64,000 nt of DNA, taken from Polyangiaceae bacterium (GTDB lineage Bacteria; Myxococcota_A; Polyangia; Polyangiales; Polyangiaceae). The notes under the pieces were generated by a model. That model saw only the letters and a list, made by a program, of their open reading frames with translations. It did not search any database and had not been told where the DNA came from. How positions within the stretch are numbered: the first letter of the stretch is position 1; each line of letters starts with the position of its first letter. The position numbers and the translations under genes are program-made. Positions 47,253 through 56,919 of this stretch are shown here, piece after piece. The DNA lies in the NCBI GenBank assembly GCA_044376115.1, contig JBILLK010000021.1, positions 64,001-128,000 on the forward strand, in the 5' to 3' direction.

Positions 47253-48038
47253 ATGAACACGGCCCGCCCCCTCGCTCTTCTCTCCGTTCTTTCGTTGCTC
47301 GCGCTCGCCCATTGTGGAGACGCCAACAAGAGCAACGCCTCCGCGTCCGCAGTCAAAGACGCGAGCTCGGCCAAACCAGCGGGCTCCGGCTCGGCCAAGC
47401 CGGCGAGCTCGGCGGGCGCTTCGAGCGCTGCAGCACCGGCAGCGACAACAGCCGCAGCGAGCGCCGTACCGAGCGCAGCTTCAGCTCCCGCCGCCGGTGA
47501 AGATCTCACCGGCGAGGCCTTCCTCAAGCTGCTCAAACTACCCGAAGGCTCGAAGGCGCAATCGGTGCCCGGCATGGAGGGCTTCGGCTTTCTCGGCCCG
47601 GCCGATACCAAGCTCGCCGACGTTGGCGCTGGCCGACCGAAGAAGTGGGGCACCACCAGCTTCGGCGGGATGACGATGGCCACGCTGCTCGTCAACCACG
47701 AACAAGACGAAGGCGAGAAGTGTATGAAGCTCGCTGACGCAAAGGCCAAGCTCGGCAGCGCCAAGATCGTGAAGGAGCAGACCTTCTCGATCCCGGTCGT
47801 TGAGAAAGATGGCAAGTACACCGACTACGGTGATGAGGCGGCCGAGCTGCTCGTATTCGAGCGCGATGGCAAGCAGGGCTTCTACGCTCACAAGGTCTTC
47901 GACCACGGGGATGACGCCACGCGCATCTGCTGCACCGCTGGCGCCGCCGCCGACGCCAAGGAGCTCAAAGGCAGCGCCGACGCCGCGCAGATCGAAGCGA
48001 TGAGCGCCGTGTGTTTGAGCTGGAGCTTCAAGTTCTAG
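47253..48038 (+). CDS. Hypothetical lipoprotein
   Basis: LAHCGD lipobox, Ala/Ser linker. Confidence 0.7.
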   Translation: MNTARPLALLSVLSLLALAHCGDANKSNASASAVKDASSAKPAGSGSAKPASSAGASSAAAPAATTAAASAVPSAASAPAAGEDLTGEAFLKLLKLPEGSKAQSVPGMEGFGFLGPADTKLADVGAGRPKKWGTTSFGGMTMATLLVNHEQDEGEKCMKLADAKAKLGSAKIVKEQTFSIPVVEKDGKYTDYGDEAAELLVFERDGKQGFYAHKVFDHGDDATRICCTAGAAADAKELKGSADAAQIEAMSAVCLSWSFKF

Positions 48039-48054
48039 AGCGAGCGGCCCAAGC

Positions 48055-49002
48055 TCAGAGCGGCGCGATGCCGTAACGCTCACGCAACCCCAGGAGCGGC
48101 TCGTGCATCACCGGCCAAGGGTCCCAGCCCTTGGTCGGGTCGATCGTGCAGGCCGAGCCGCGCTCGAGCGCCTTCCACATCAGCGCCAGATCGAGCTTGC
48201 CGCGCGAGCCCGTTGCTACCGGTGACATCGCGAGCCCGAGGTGAAACTCGGCGATGCCGAAGAGCACGAAGGAGAACGGGTCGTGCTCTTCTTTGCGACA
48301 ACCGGCGTGGAACGCGAGCACCTGCAGCTCGCCTTCTGGATCTGTGCCGTAGCCGGAGAGCACGTGGGTGAGATCGTGAAAAGCGATCACCTCCGCTGGG
48401 CTGCCCTTTTCGCCGGGGAAGGAGTAGCCGTTGCCGCGGATGAAGTCGAAGTAGCCGCGGCCGAGCGAGCCCTCCGGCGCATGTTCGAGCGCGCGATAAC
48501 GTGAAGCGATCTCGGCGTCTTCACGCAGGCCGGCCATCGCCGCGAGGCTGCGCGCGAGCCAGCCAACGCCCTTCTCGGCGGTGAACTCGAGCAGCTTCTC
48601 GCGGGCGAAGAAACGCCGGGCGATGTCGAAGCGCGCACGCATGAAGTGCTGCTCGGCGAGCTTGTGCAACGTTCCGAGGTCGGTCGCTTCCACCTCGAGA
48701 GCCCGCGCGAAGCGCTCGATCAGCCTGGCCTCGGCCGGGCTCGCCTCGCCATCGATCAGCGAGAGCACGATCATCCCGCGAATGATTTGCCGCCGCGCCG
48801 CCGGGTCGCGAAGCGCGAGCGCGAGCTCCTCTGGTTCGATCGGCGCGAGCGTCTCTACCTCGATATCGCTGCCGAAGATCTGCTGCGCTGTAGCGATGAA
48901 GTTCCGCTCGGCGTCGGAGATGGCGCCGTCGGCGCTGGCGACCATCTTCATCGCACGCAAGCCAAACGGGAGGATCTCGGGAGAAGGGCGGAGCAGCTGC
49001 AT
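48055..49002 (-). CDS. TerB-like plus Coq4-like domain protein
   Basis: ASADG.IS.AE, LIDGE.SPAE; GSLGRGY, HDLTHVLSGY....GE. Confidence 0.75.
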   Translation of the reverse strand: MQLLRPSPEILPFGLRAMKMVASADGAISDAERNFIATAQQIFGSDIEVETLAPIEPEELALALRDPAARRQIIRGMIVLSLIDGEASPAEARLIERFARALEVEATDLGTLHKLAEQHFMRARFDIARRFFAREKLLEFTAEKGVGWLARSLAAMAGLREDAEIASRYRALEHAPEGSLGRGYFDFIRGNGYSFPGEKGSPAEVIAFHDLTHVLSGYGTDPEGELQVLAFHAGCRKEEHDPFSFVLFGIAEFHLGLAMSPVATGSRGKLDLALMWKALERGSACTIDPTKGWDPWPVMHEPLLGLRERYGIAPL

Positions 49003-49097
49003 CGGCGGATGTTAACCGCCTAACAAGGCGATGGAGTGACTTTGGCGGCTGGCAGCGAGCGGTCAGTGTGGGCTCCCGGCGTTCGTCAGGGTGGGCT

Positions 49098-49898
49098 ATG
49101 AAGCTACCGGTGCGCACCGTCCGAGCCACTCGCTACGTGATGCCTTTCCGTCAGGGCGGCTCGGTGCCCGCGCTGGTCGAGGGCGACGACGATGGCATGT
49201 ACGTGGTCAAGCTGCGCGGCGCGAGTCAGGGCGAAAAGGCGCTGATCGCCGAGTTCGTGTCCGGGGAGCTCGGCCGTGCGCTCGGACTTGCGGTACCCGA
49301 GCTCGTGTTCGTGGAGCTCGATGCGGCGATCGCCGCGGCCGAGCCGGATCCCGAGTTGTGTATGCCGCTCAGCAAGAGCCTCGGCTTGAACCTCGGCTTG
49401 GATTTTTTGCCGGCGAGCGTGACGTATGATCCGCTGGTGGGGCCGCATCCCGACGCCGAAATGGCCGCGCGCATCGTGCTCTTCGATGCCTTCGTCAGCA
49501 ACGTGGACCGCACCGTGCGCAACGCCAATCTGCTTACCTGGCATCGCTCGACCTGGCTGATCGACCACGGCGCTTCACTCTACTTCCATCACGGTTGGCG
49601 GCCCGAAGACCCGCTCGAAGGCAGCGCTGACCCCTTCGCCGAGGTACGCGACCACGTGCTGCTCACCAAGATCGGCGCTGGCTCCACGAGCCTGCGCTCA
49701 GCCGCAGAACGGATGCGCACCACGCTCGACGATTCGCTGATCGACGGGCTAATCGATCGCATCCCCGAGGCTTGGCTCGCATTGGATCGCGCTTGGGATG
49801 ACGTCGCCTCGCACCGCGACGCCTATCGAGCGTGGCTGCGCGCTCGTCGCGAGGCCATCCCGTTGCTATTGCAAGAGGCGGAGCGTGCGCGTGGCTGA
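49098..49898 (+). CDS. HipA-like kinase
   Basis: RYVMPFRQGGSVP, YVVKLRGA, NVDRT..N.NLL, LIDHG. Confidence 0.85.
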   Translation: MKLPVRTVRATRYVMPFRQGGSVPALVEGDDDGMYVVKLRGASQGEKALIAEFVSGELGRALGLAVPELVFVELDAAIAAAEPDPELCMPLSKSLGLNLGLDFLPASVTYDPLVGPHPDAEMAARIVLFDAFVSNVDRTVRNANLLTWHRSTWLIDHGASLYFHHGWRPEDPLEGSADPFAEVRDHVLLTKIGAGSTSLRSAAERMRTTLDDSLIDGLIDRIPEAWLALDRAWDDVASHRDAYRAWLRARREAIPLLLQEAERARG

Positions 49899-50262
49899 AG
49901 CCTACGAATACGCCATCATCCGCGTGGTGCCGGATCTGGTTCGGGAGGAGTTCGTCAACGTCGGCGTGGTGGTGCTGTGCGAGGCCCGCGGCTACTTATG
50001 TGCGGCCACCGATGTCGACTTGGCGCGGCTGCAGGCGCTTTCGCCCAAGGCCGACGCTGAGCTGATGCGTGCGCACGTCGAGGCCATCGTGCGGGTCTGC
50101 AATGGGGAGGGCCCGATGGGCGCATTGCCGCTGCGCGAGCGCTTTCGCTGGCTGGTCGCGCCGCGCAACGCCGTGGTGCAGACCTCCTGTGCGCACGGCG
50201 GTATGACGGACGATCCTGCGGCGACGCTCGCGCGGCTGCTCGCAAGAATGGTCCAACGCTAA
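49891..50262 (+). CDS. DUF3037 protein
   Basis: YEYAIIRVVP..REEFVNVGVV; RFRWLVAPR; overlaps the kinase stop. Confidence 0.88.
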   Translation: MAEAYEYAIIRVVPDLVREEFVNVGVVVLCEARGYLCAATDVDLARLQALSPKADAELMRAHVEAIVRVCNGEGPMGALPLRERFRWLVAPRNAVVQTSCAHGGMTDDPAATLARLLARMVQR

Positions 50263-50287
50263 CGCCGCGCCTCGTAGACTGCTAACG

Positions 50288-50926
50288 ATGCGACCCGAAC
50301 AAGCGTACGTCTACGTCGGCTTCTGGGTCGCTTTGCTGCTTGCTTCGCTGGTGGTCGCCGTCCGACAGCGGAGTGGGCTGAGAGCGTCGCTGAAAGGCTA
50401 CGGACGCGCGCTACGAGCGCCCTGGAAGCTCGTCACCTACGTCCTCTCCGCAGGGTCGTTCATTGTGTTAGCACCCTATTCGGGGGACCCGACCTGGGAC
50501 CACGTCGACGCTGCGTTCATGTCGGGCCTTACGATCCTCACCGCGCCGTGGAGCCTCGGGACGCTCTATCGCGCAGGCCGTGGGACCTTGCCGAAGGCGC
50601 TGATTTTACCTGCCGTAACGGTGTGGCTGTTCTCAGCCAGCTGGTCGTACGACCTCTACATTTGGTGGCGCGACGGCCACTACCCGCCGAGTTGGTTTTG
50701 GAACCTCATTGCCTCCTCTGTGCTCTACGTCGCGGCCGGCATGCTCTGGAGCCTCGATCACCGCGCCGGGCGCGGCGTGCATTTCGCCTTTCAGGAGCCT
50801 GCCTGGGCGCTGCCTTCCTCCGACCTACGCATCGTCGGCTACGGGCTCGCCTTCATCCTGCTGGTGGTCGGCATGATGCTTCCGTTCGCCTGGGACCCGA
50901 TCGCTGAGCTGCTCCAAGCTCGCTGA
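50288..50926 (+). CDS. Integral membrane protein
   Basis: Several TM helices; APYSGDPTWD motif. Confidence 0.7.
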   Translation: MRPEQAYVYVGFWVALLLASLVVAVRQRSGLRASLKGYGRALRAPWKLVTYVLSAGSFIVLAPYSGDPTWDHVDAAFMSGLTILTAPWSLGTLYRAGRGTLPKALILPAVTVWLFSASWSYDLYIWWRDGHYPPSWFWNLIASSVLYVAAGMLWSLDHRAGRGVHFAFQEPAWALPSSDLRIVGYGLAFILLVVGMMLPFAWDPIAELLQAR

Positions 50927-50976
50927 GCGAACGCCGGCTCGGCCTAAGGTCGCAGCCGCACGCTCAGTGCACACCG

Positions 50977-51939
50977 TCAGCCCTCGCGCAGCTCTTCGAA
51001 CTGCGGTGTGCGATCGTCGAGCTCGCTCGCCGAAAGCCAAAGCCGGAGCAAATGGCGCCGGCGGTTCGGCTCCGCTTCATCTTGGTAGGCGTCGCGAGCG
51101 TGCAGCAGATAGGCGTTGCGCAACCACTGGACGTCGCCCGGCTCGAAGTCCATCGCCAGCGAGAGTTCCGGCTCGTGGACGATCTGCTGATAGAGCGTGA
51201 ACGCCTCGGCGTGCTTCGGCGACCAGCGCGGCACGCTCTCGAGCTGTTGCGCGCGCTCGAGGTACCACGGGATGAAGAAGGTCTCGGTCTTCGCGCCGCT
51301 TTCGGTCACGATCGGCCGCGGGAAGGCCTCGGGGAGGCCGCGTGCCTTGCCGCCGGGCAAATGAAAGAACCACGGCTCGAGCAGCAGCTCCGCCAGGTCG
51401 GGCCTGAGCTCTTTCATCCGCTCGAACACCCGCACCGAGCTGACCACGCGGCTCGCTCCGCCGAGGCGCGCGCCGCGCAGGCACAAGAGGCCGATCACAT
51501 CCGCTCCGTCGGTGTGGAAGTCCTGCGCTGCGCACGTCCGATACAGACGGACCTCGGGGTTCGACGGGTCATCGCCTTCATCGCGGACGTGCGTGAGCGT
51601 GTCCCCGTCCAGGTTTTGCTGCATCGGGGTCCCGAGCGCCTCCCCCATCGCCCGATACAGCGCCGTGACATCCGCCAGCGGCCGGTCGACGATCGGAAGA
51701 CCACGCACCAGGATGAAGCCGAGACCGTGTGCCAGCGCCTGCATCGATGCGCGCGTCGCTGCAGTGAGCAGCTCACGCGCCTTGCCGCCGAAGTTCGGAT
51801 CGCTGGTAGCCCCGGCGTCGAGCAGCCGTGCGAGGCCGTCGCGCGTCGCTGCAGCGAGCTCAAAGCTGAAGCGACCAGGATCGCCGCTCAACGTGGAACC
51901 TACGAAGTCCCCAGCTCGCAAACTCATGCTCGTACTCAT
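50977..51939 (-). CDS. TauD/TfdA-family 2OG-Fe(II) dioxygenase
   Basis: FHTDG.DVIGLLCLR, PGDVQ..N..LLHAR, RHLLRLW. Confidence 0.9.
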   Translation of the reverse strand: MSTSMSLRAGDFVGSTLSGDPGRFSFELAAATRDGLARLLDAGATSDPNFGGKARELLTAATRASMQALAHGLGFILVRGLPIVDRPLADVTALYRAMGEALGTPMQQNLDGDTLTHVRDEGDDPSNPEVRLYRTCAAQDFHTDGADVIGLLCLRGARLGGASRVVSSVRVFERMKELRPDLAELLLEPWFFHLPGGKARGLPEAFPRPIVTESGAKTETFFIPWYLERAQQLESVPRWSPKHAEAFTLYQQIVHEPELSLAMDFEPGDVQWLRNAYLLHARDAYQDEAEPNRRRHLLRLWLSASELDDRTPQFEELREG

Positions 51940-52094
51940 CGTCGACCTCCGACTCCCCTACGTTGACGGGATATCCGCCGAATGGACGCAGAGATAAATT
52001 AGCCAGGAGCAGAAACGCGACAGACGTTATCAATTTTGCGACAGCAGGTCAGCGAACGGCCGACGTACAGCGGGCCATGCGGTTCGCAACTCCC

Positions 52095-53045
52095 ATGAAG
52101 TTTCACGGTCAGGCAAAACCCACTCGATGGGCGCGCGCCGCGTTGTTGCTCACCCTGCTTGGCTTGTTTCTTAGCCTTGGTTGCAAGCGTCGCCGGGATG
52201 AGGCCAACAAGCAGCCAACGCGGCTGATCGTGGGCTTCAAAACGGCAGCAAAACTCGGCTCCGATCGGGTTGTTTACCTCGGGGATAACGACCTCGCCAA
52301 CGCAACGCTGGTGGTTGATGGGCGTGAAGCTGGCGTGCTCACAGCTGACGCGGAAGGTCCTTCCATCGTCATCGAGCTCCCTGAGGGCAAGGCGCTCTAC
52401 GACCGCTCCCTGACGCTCGCGTTGCGTTTGCCAACGCCCTGCGGAACCTACCTGGACGTCGCGCTCCCCGACTACGGGACGAATCTGACCTCGCCCGAGG
52501 ACGAAGCGCGCGCCCTACGAGGTGAGGTAGGTATGCGCGCCGAGATTCGGCTGGGAGAAACGCCAATCCCCGTGCCCTTCGCTGTGTGGGTCGATGACGT
52601 GGGCCAGGAGAAGGCACTCGTCGAGGTAGGCTCGGTGAAGGTCGAGGGCCGAGTGCCCAGGACCGACGGGAAGCAAGGACCCATGCCGGGCCGCCAAATG
52701 AACCTATGGGGCTTCAACTGCGCGCCAAGCCACGAGGTAAAGGTGGATGGCAAGCTGGTAGGTCAAGTTACGCCAGCCACCTCGAGCAAGGGCATCTTGA
52801 TCTCGACCGAGGCTGGGCGCTGCTACGTTCGGCAGGTGCATCGCTACGCGAGCCAGTACGACTCCCTCGGCGGCGGCACCTCGGACTACGAGGTACCCCG
52901 GGGGCAGGCAGTGGCCATGCCCTGGGGCAGCTTTGACTATTTCCTGCGCAGCGCTCCCGCCAGCGTGGAAGGACCAGGCAGCACCACACGCAGTGCGCTC
53001 GAACGAACGGAGTGCACAACGCCCGCTAAAGGCAAAGCCAAGTAG
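52095..53045 (+). CDS. Hypothetical lipoprotein
   Basis: SLGC lipobox; beta-rich. Confidence 0.6.
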   Translation: MKFHGQAKPTRWARAALLLTLLGLFLSLGCKRRRDEANKQPTRLIVGFKTAAKLGSDRVVYLGDNDLANATLVVDGREAGVLTADAEGPSIVIELPEGKALYDRSLTLALRLPTPCGTYLDVALPDYGTNLTSPEDEARALRGEVGMRAEIRLGETPIPVPFAVWVDDVGQEKALVEVGSVKVEGRVPRTDGKQGPMPGRQMNLWGFNCAPSHEVKVDGKLVGQVTPATSSKGILISTEAGRCYVRQVHRYASQYDSLGGGTSDYEVPRGQAVAMPWGSFDYFLRSAPASVEGPGSTTRSALERTECTTPAKGKAK

Positions 53046-53113
53046 CAGCCGCCGGCAAACCACATGCCCGACGCTCCCGTTCGGCAAAGTCGAATAGGCT
53101 GGTTCGCACAACG

Positions 53114-54103
53114 ATGCTGCGAACGACGACCGCGGGCCTGCTGCTGAGCCTGCTCGCCGCGTGCGAGCGGCCAAAGACACGCTCTCCCGGCGCGATCGCC
53201 GAACCAGAGTTGTCGGTCTCCGCGTTGGGCGTGGAATCGGCCTCCGCCCCGGCTCTGCCACTCGACTCGGCTGCGCCGTCGGCCTCCGCTACGGCCAGCT
53301 CCGCGACGCCGACCGCCGGCTCGAGTTCGACGTTGGTGACGTCGTCGCCCAGCGCTTGGTCGAGCCCAGAGGACAACACCTACGAGGCGGTCCGCGAGTC
53401 GGGCAACCTGGTGATTCACGTGTACGTGCCCTTGTGTCACAACGACCAAGTGGACTGCGGCAGCTCGCTCGCCGGTAAGCCCGACAACCTGAAGCACAAC
53501 CTCTATTGGGGCGCGGTGTTCGGGCAGAAGCGCTTCTTCAGTCGCAAGAGCAGCAAGTGGAGTGAGGTCGCGATCGAGAAAGGTTCCGGCAACGTACTCG
53601 AACGCGCGGTCTATCGCCGCAGCTTTCCCGGTGAGCCGTGGGGACGCGAGGCGCCGATCACCGCCTGGGTGGTGTTCGATGCGCTGCACGGCGACGCGAT
53701 CGACGAGGCCATCGACGGGCTTTATCGCGAGGCCGCCAGTGGCGGCGTGCTCAAGCTGAACGACGGCGAAGAACGCGCGCTGCCGGTCAACGTGGTGGGC
53801 TACGCCGGTCACAACCGCATGATGGACGGAAAGAAGCCGCCAACGACGGAGAGCTCAGCGCCCATCCCGTCGTTCGTGTTCGCCTGCTACTCGCGCAGCT
53901 ACTTCGAGGACGAGCTGAAGCAACGCGGCTCCACCCTGCTGCTCTCGACGCGAGCGCTGATGGCGCCGGAGGGTTACGCGGTGGACGGATTGGTCACCGC
54001 GCTCGCAGAGAACGCGCCGCGCGCCGAGCTGCGCCAAGCCGCAGCCAAGGCCTACGCAACGTGGCAAAAGATCTCGCTCGAGACGGCGCTACGGATCTTT
54101 TGA
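53114..54103 (+). CDS. Hypothetical lipoprotein (conserved NLYWGA family)
   Basis: LAAC lipobox; HVYVPLCHN, NLYWGA, GYAGHN.MMD, MAPEGY. Confidence 0.75.
   Translation: MLRTTTAGLLLSLLAACERPKTRSPGAIAEPELSVSALGVESASAPALPLDSAAPSASATASSATPTAGSSSTLVTSSPSAWSSPEDNTYEAVRESGNLVIHVYVPLCHNDQVDCGSSLAGKPDNLKHNLYWGAVFGQKRFFSRKSSKWSEVAIEKGSGNVLERAVYRRSFPGEPWGREAPITAWVVFDALHGDAIDEAIDGLYREAASGGVLKLNDGEERALPVNVVGYAGHNRMMDGKKPPTTESSAPIPSFVFACYSRSYFEDELKQRGSTLLLSTRALMAPEGYAVDGLVTALAENAPRAELRQAAAKAYATWQKISLETALRIF
54053..54082 (+). repeat. 30-bp direct repeat, copy 1
   Basis: TACGCAACGTGGCAAAAGATCTCGCTCGAG, identical to 55380..55409. Confidence 0.9.
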
Positions 54104-54115
54104 ACGACGCGTAGG

Positions 54116-55288
54116 CTACTTGACCCCGAAGCCGATCGAGAGCGTCATCGCGTGGATGAAGTTGTTGTTGTAGCCGTCGCCGAACTCTGACGAAAGCGCC
54201 CTCGAGCCCGGCCCGCGCGCGCCTCCGCCCAGATAGCGGAGGTTCAAGAACGTCTCGATGAACTGGGTCGGCGAGTAGCCAACTCGCAGCGACGTATCGA
54301 AGAAGAGCCCCAAGACGGAGCCTTGTTCACTTGGGAACTGGATGGCGATGCCGTCGATCTCGGTGCCAAGGAAGACGTCGTTGTCGAAGGTGTAGCGCCC
54401 GCGGAGCTTGACCAGCGGGACGGGGCCGAGGTTCTGGCTGGTGCGCTGGAGCTTGCCGTCGAGCGACGAGAACTCGAGATCGGCGACGCGCAGCTGCATC
54501 GAAAGGCCTATCGCCAGCTCGTTGTCCCGGTCGGCGAGGAAGTCGTAGAGGTAGCTCAGCCGATAGTAGTCAAAGCCGTAGCGGAACTGCATCGGCGTGC
54601 CGGAGGGAAACGTCAAACCGTTGACCCGCAGATCCTCCGAAAGCGTCGCGCGGGTTCGAAGGTCGATCGGCTGATAGAGCAAAATCAAGTTATGCCGCGC
54701 GAACAGCTCGAGTTCGGCCGATAGCCGCCACGTAAACGAGGCCGAGGCCTGTCCACCGTCGCGTCGCCAATCGAACTCGGTGCCGTCACTGCCACCTTGA
54801 TAGCGGTGCCATGCGACGAAGATCGCCCCAAGCTCGGCGATCGGCCGGACTCTGACGTCGGAGGTCGGGGAGTTGAAGGAGAACCCTCGTACGGCATCGT
54901 AAGGATCCGCCGGCGGCGCGATCGCGGGAGAGGTCGCGGACGCTTCAGCAGGCATGCTGAGCGGCGCGCTGGCGGCAGAGGTCGCCGGTGCCTCGGCTTG
55001 CGCGCTGGGCGGCGCGCTAGCAGGCAACGGAGGCGGAGGCGGCTCCTCCGACGGCGAGGGGATGCTCGCCGGCTGGGCGGCGCTTGAAGGCATTTCCTCT
55101 GGTGCGGGGGCGGGCGGTCGCTCTTGACCATACGCCTGCGAGCCAGGAACCAGCCCGAGCAAGGCGACGAAGGCCCCCGTCAGAAGTGGCAACGCAGTCC
55201 ACGCGGTGCGCTTGGCGGGAGTTGCCAGTGAAGCCTCGCCGGCGAGCTCGCCTTGGGCGGGTTGAAATTCGTGAGCTGCTTTTGTCAT
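54116..55288 (-). CDS. Outer-membrane beta-barrel-like protein
   Basis: Signal peptide, Pro/Ala linker, amphipathic aromatic beta strands, C-terminal LSIGFGVK. Confidence 0.7.
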   Translation of the reverse strand: MTKAAHEFQPAQGELAGEASLATPAKRTAWTALPLLTGAFVALLGLVPGSQAYGQERPPAPAPEEMPSSAAQPASIPSPSEEPPPPPLPASAPPSAQAEAPATSAASAPLSMPAEASATSPAIAPPADPYDAVRGFSFNSPTSDVRVRPIAELGAIFVAWHRYQGGSDGTEFDWRRDGGQASASFTWRLSAELELFARHNLILLYQPIDLRTRATLSEDLRVNGLTFPSGTPMQFRYGFDYYRLSYLYDFLADRDNELAIGLSMQLRVADLEFSSLDGKLQRTSQNLGPVPLVKLRGRYTFDNDVFLGTEIDGIAIQFPSEQGSVLGLFFDTSLRVGYSPTQFIETFLNLRYLGGGARGPGSRALSSEFGDGYNNNFIHAMTLSIGFGVK

Positions 55289-55379
55289 GGGATCTCCGGT
55301 GCGCGCGGCGCGCCCACAGCCTGCACCGCATCGCCGTGCGCGTCTTTCGATATTGCTGATCTGACCTGCTCTCAGCGCT

Positions 55380-55409
55380 TACGCAACGTGGCAAAAGATC
55401 TCGCTCGAG
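55380..55409 (+). repeat. 30-bp direct repeat, copy 2
   Basis: Identical to 54053..54082. Confidence 0.9.
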
Positions 55410-55846
55410 GCGCCAACCGCACCCAGCTCGTGTTGGGCTCCGTGTTCGTCACGCTCGGGGCTCTGCTAGCGGGGCTCGGCGTCAGCCAGCTGCTGTTCTG
55501 GTGGTCGGGCACACTCGCGGGCTTGACGATCGAGCCAATCGTCCTGCCGCTGAGCCTGGTGTTTCTTGCGACGGGTCTCCCCCGACTGCTGCGAGCTCGC
55601 CGACTGCGTTGGCTCGAGCGGCACGGCGTTCGCGTGCCGGCAGAGGTGCTCGAGGTGATACCCACCCGTGAGGTCATCGACCGTCGGATTCCGGTGGTGA
55701 GGCTGAAGCTGCGCGTGCAGCCGACCGATGCGCCTGCGTTCATCACCGAACTTCGTTGGGCCGTAGGCTTCGAGCCGATGGCGGTTGGACGCCGAATCGA
55801 AGTGCGCCATCGGCCGGGAAGGCCGCGCTGGGTGGCAACGCTCTGA
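55388..55846 (+). CDS. DUF3592-like membrane protein
   Basis: Two TMs then G.RVPAEVLEV...VG.RIEVRH.P OB-like pattern; GTG lies inside repeat copy 2. Confidence 0.55.
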   Translation: MAKDLARGANRTQLVLGSVFVTLGALLAGLGVSQLLFWWSGTLAGLTIEPIVLPLSLVFLATGLPRLLRARRLRWLERHGVRVPAEVLEVIPTREVIDRRIPVVRLKLRVQPTDAPAFITELRWAVGFEPMAVGRRIEVRHRPGRPRWVATL

Positions 55847-55849
55847 ACG

Positions 55850-56869
55850 ATGAAGCTCCGAGGGCGGGTTGCACGTGGCGCTCCCCCGTCCGGCTTTCGA
55901 TCTATGTTTCCGAGCATGGGCCACTATCTCTCGGGCGATCTGCAATACGGGCAACTACGTCGTTTCAACCGCTTTCCGTTGATGGCTCAGCTGCTCGAGT
56001 GCGGCGAGATGCTAATGGTGCCGCGCTTCGAGTGGCACAACGCGGAGGACATCGACGACAGCGATCCATTTCTCGAGTCCGCGGATCGCGCAGCGCTCCC
56101 CGCATGGCTTGTTCCGGCTGCGGCCAACGCTGAGTGGTTGCGCGTACCCAGCCAGATCGAGCCGGTTTGGTTCGCCAAACAAGCGGCCGCGGCCTTACGG
56201 GCCGTCGTGAAGACCAGCCGCAAAGGTCGCCGTGGTCGGCTCAAGCTCGCCTTGCCCTTCGCCTTCTTGCTGCGTCGAGCGGATAGCGCGCGCGCCTTCA
56301 CAAGGTTGAACCAACTGCTCACCCGAGCCAACGCGCCCATCATTCCCAGCGAGATGCCGGCGGGTTACGACGCTGAAGCGTTGTGGCCGTGGCACCAGCA
56401 GCACTTCCCCGCGCAGCTGCAGGCGCTGGAGCAGCGCGACCCCGAGGGCAGTTACCTCACGTTGCTGTTTGCACTGACGGCTCTTTTGAACTCCGAGCTC
56501 GAGTCGGTGTTCATCTGCGACGATGAAGGTGCGGTCGAGCTGAGCGACTTTGTCAAACGCAGGTTCTCTCGTTTGAACGGCTCCAAATCGAGCGCGCGCA
56601 GCCGACTCGAAGAGCTCGTTGGGAACATCTTTACCGCACTGAAGAAGCTGGAGAACGCCGAGGCCGAACGCGACGTCGGCTACGCGCTCAGCTACGTCAG
56701 CGATCTCGCCGAAGCGAGTGAACTGGCCGCGCAAGCCTACGTTGCCAGCGCGAGGCTCAAAGCCGAGTCGGATCTCGAGCAGGCCCGTTGTGATCTAGCG
56801 TGGGCCGACCATCTCGCAGGTGGGCGCTATCAAGGGCCGTATGCTGCGGAAGTCGAGCGACTTCGCTGA
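55850..56869 (+). CDS. Hypothetical helical protein
   Basis: Long ORF filling the gap; start uncertain. Confidence 0.55.
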   Translation: MKLRGRVARGAPPSGFRSMFPSMGHYLSGDLQYGQLRRFNRFPLMAQLLECGEMLMVPRFEWHNAEDIDDSDPFLESADRAALPAWLVPAAANAEWLRVPSQIEPVWFAKQAAAALRAVVKTSRKGRRGRLKLALPFAFLLRRADSARAFTRLNQLLTRANAPIIPSEMPAGYDAEALWPWHQQHFPAQLQALEQRDPEGSYLTLLFALTALLNSELESVFICDDEGAVELSDFVKRRFSRLNGSKSSARSRLEELVGNIFTALKKLENAEAERDVGYALSYVSDLAEASELAAQAYVASARLKAESDLEQARCDLAWADHLAGGRYQGPYAAEVERLR

Positions 56870-56919
56870 GTGACCCGCTACCTCTTGACGGCGCGCCTAC
56901 CTCTTAGGACTCTGACCGG

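Noticed and set aside
49018..49040. GCCTAACAAGGCGATGGAG resembling the left end of an integron attC
   Set aside because: No complementary right arm or GTTRRRY, and no integrase
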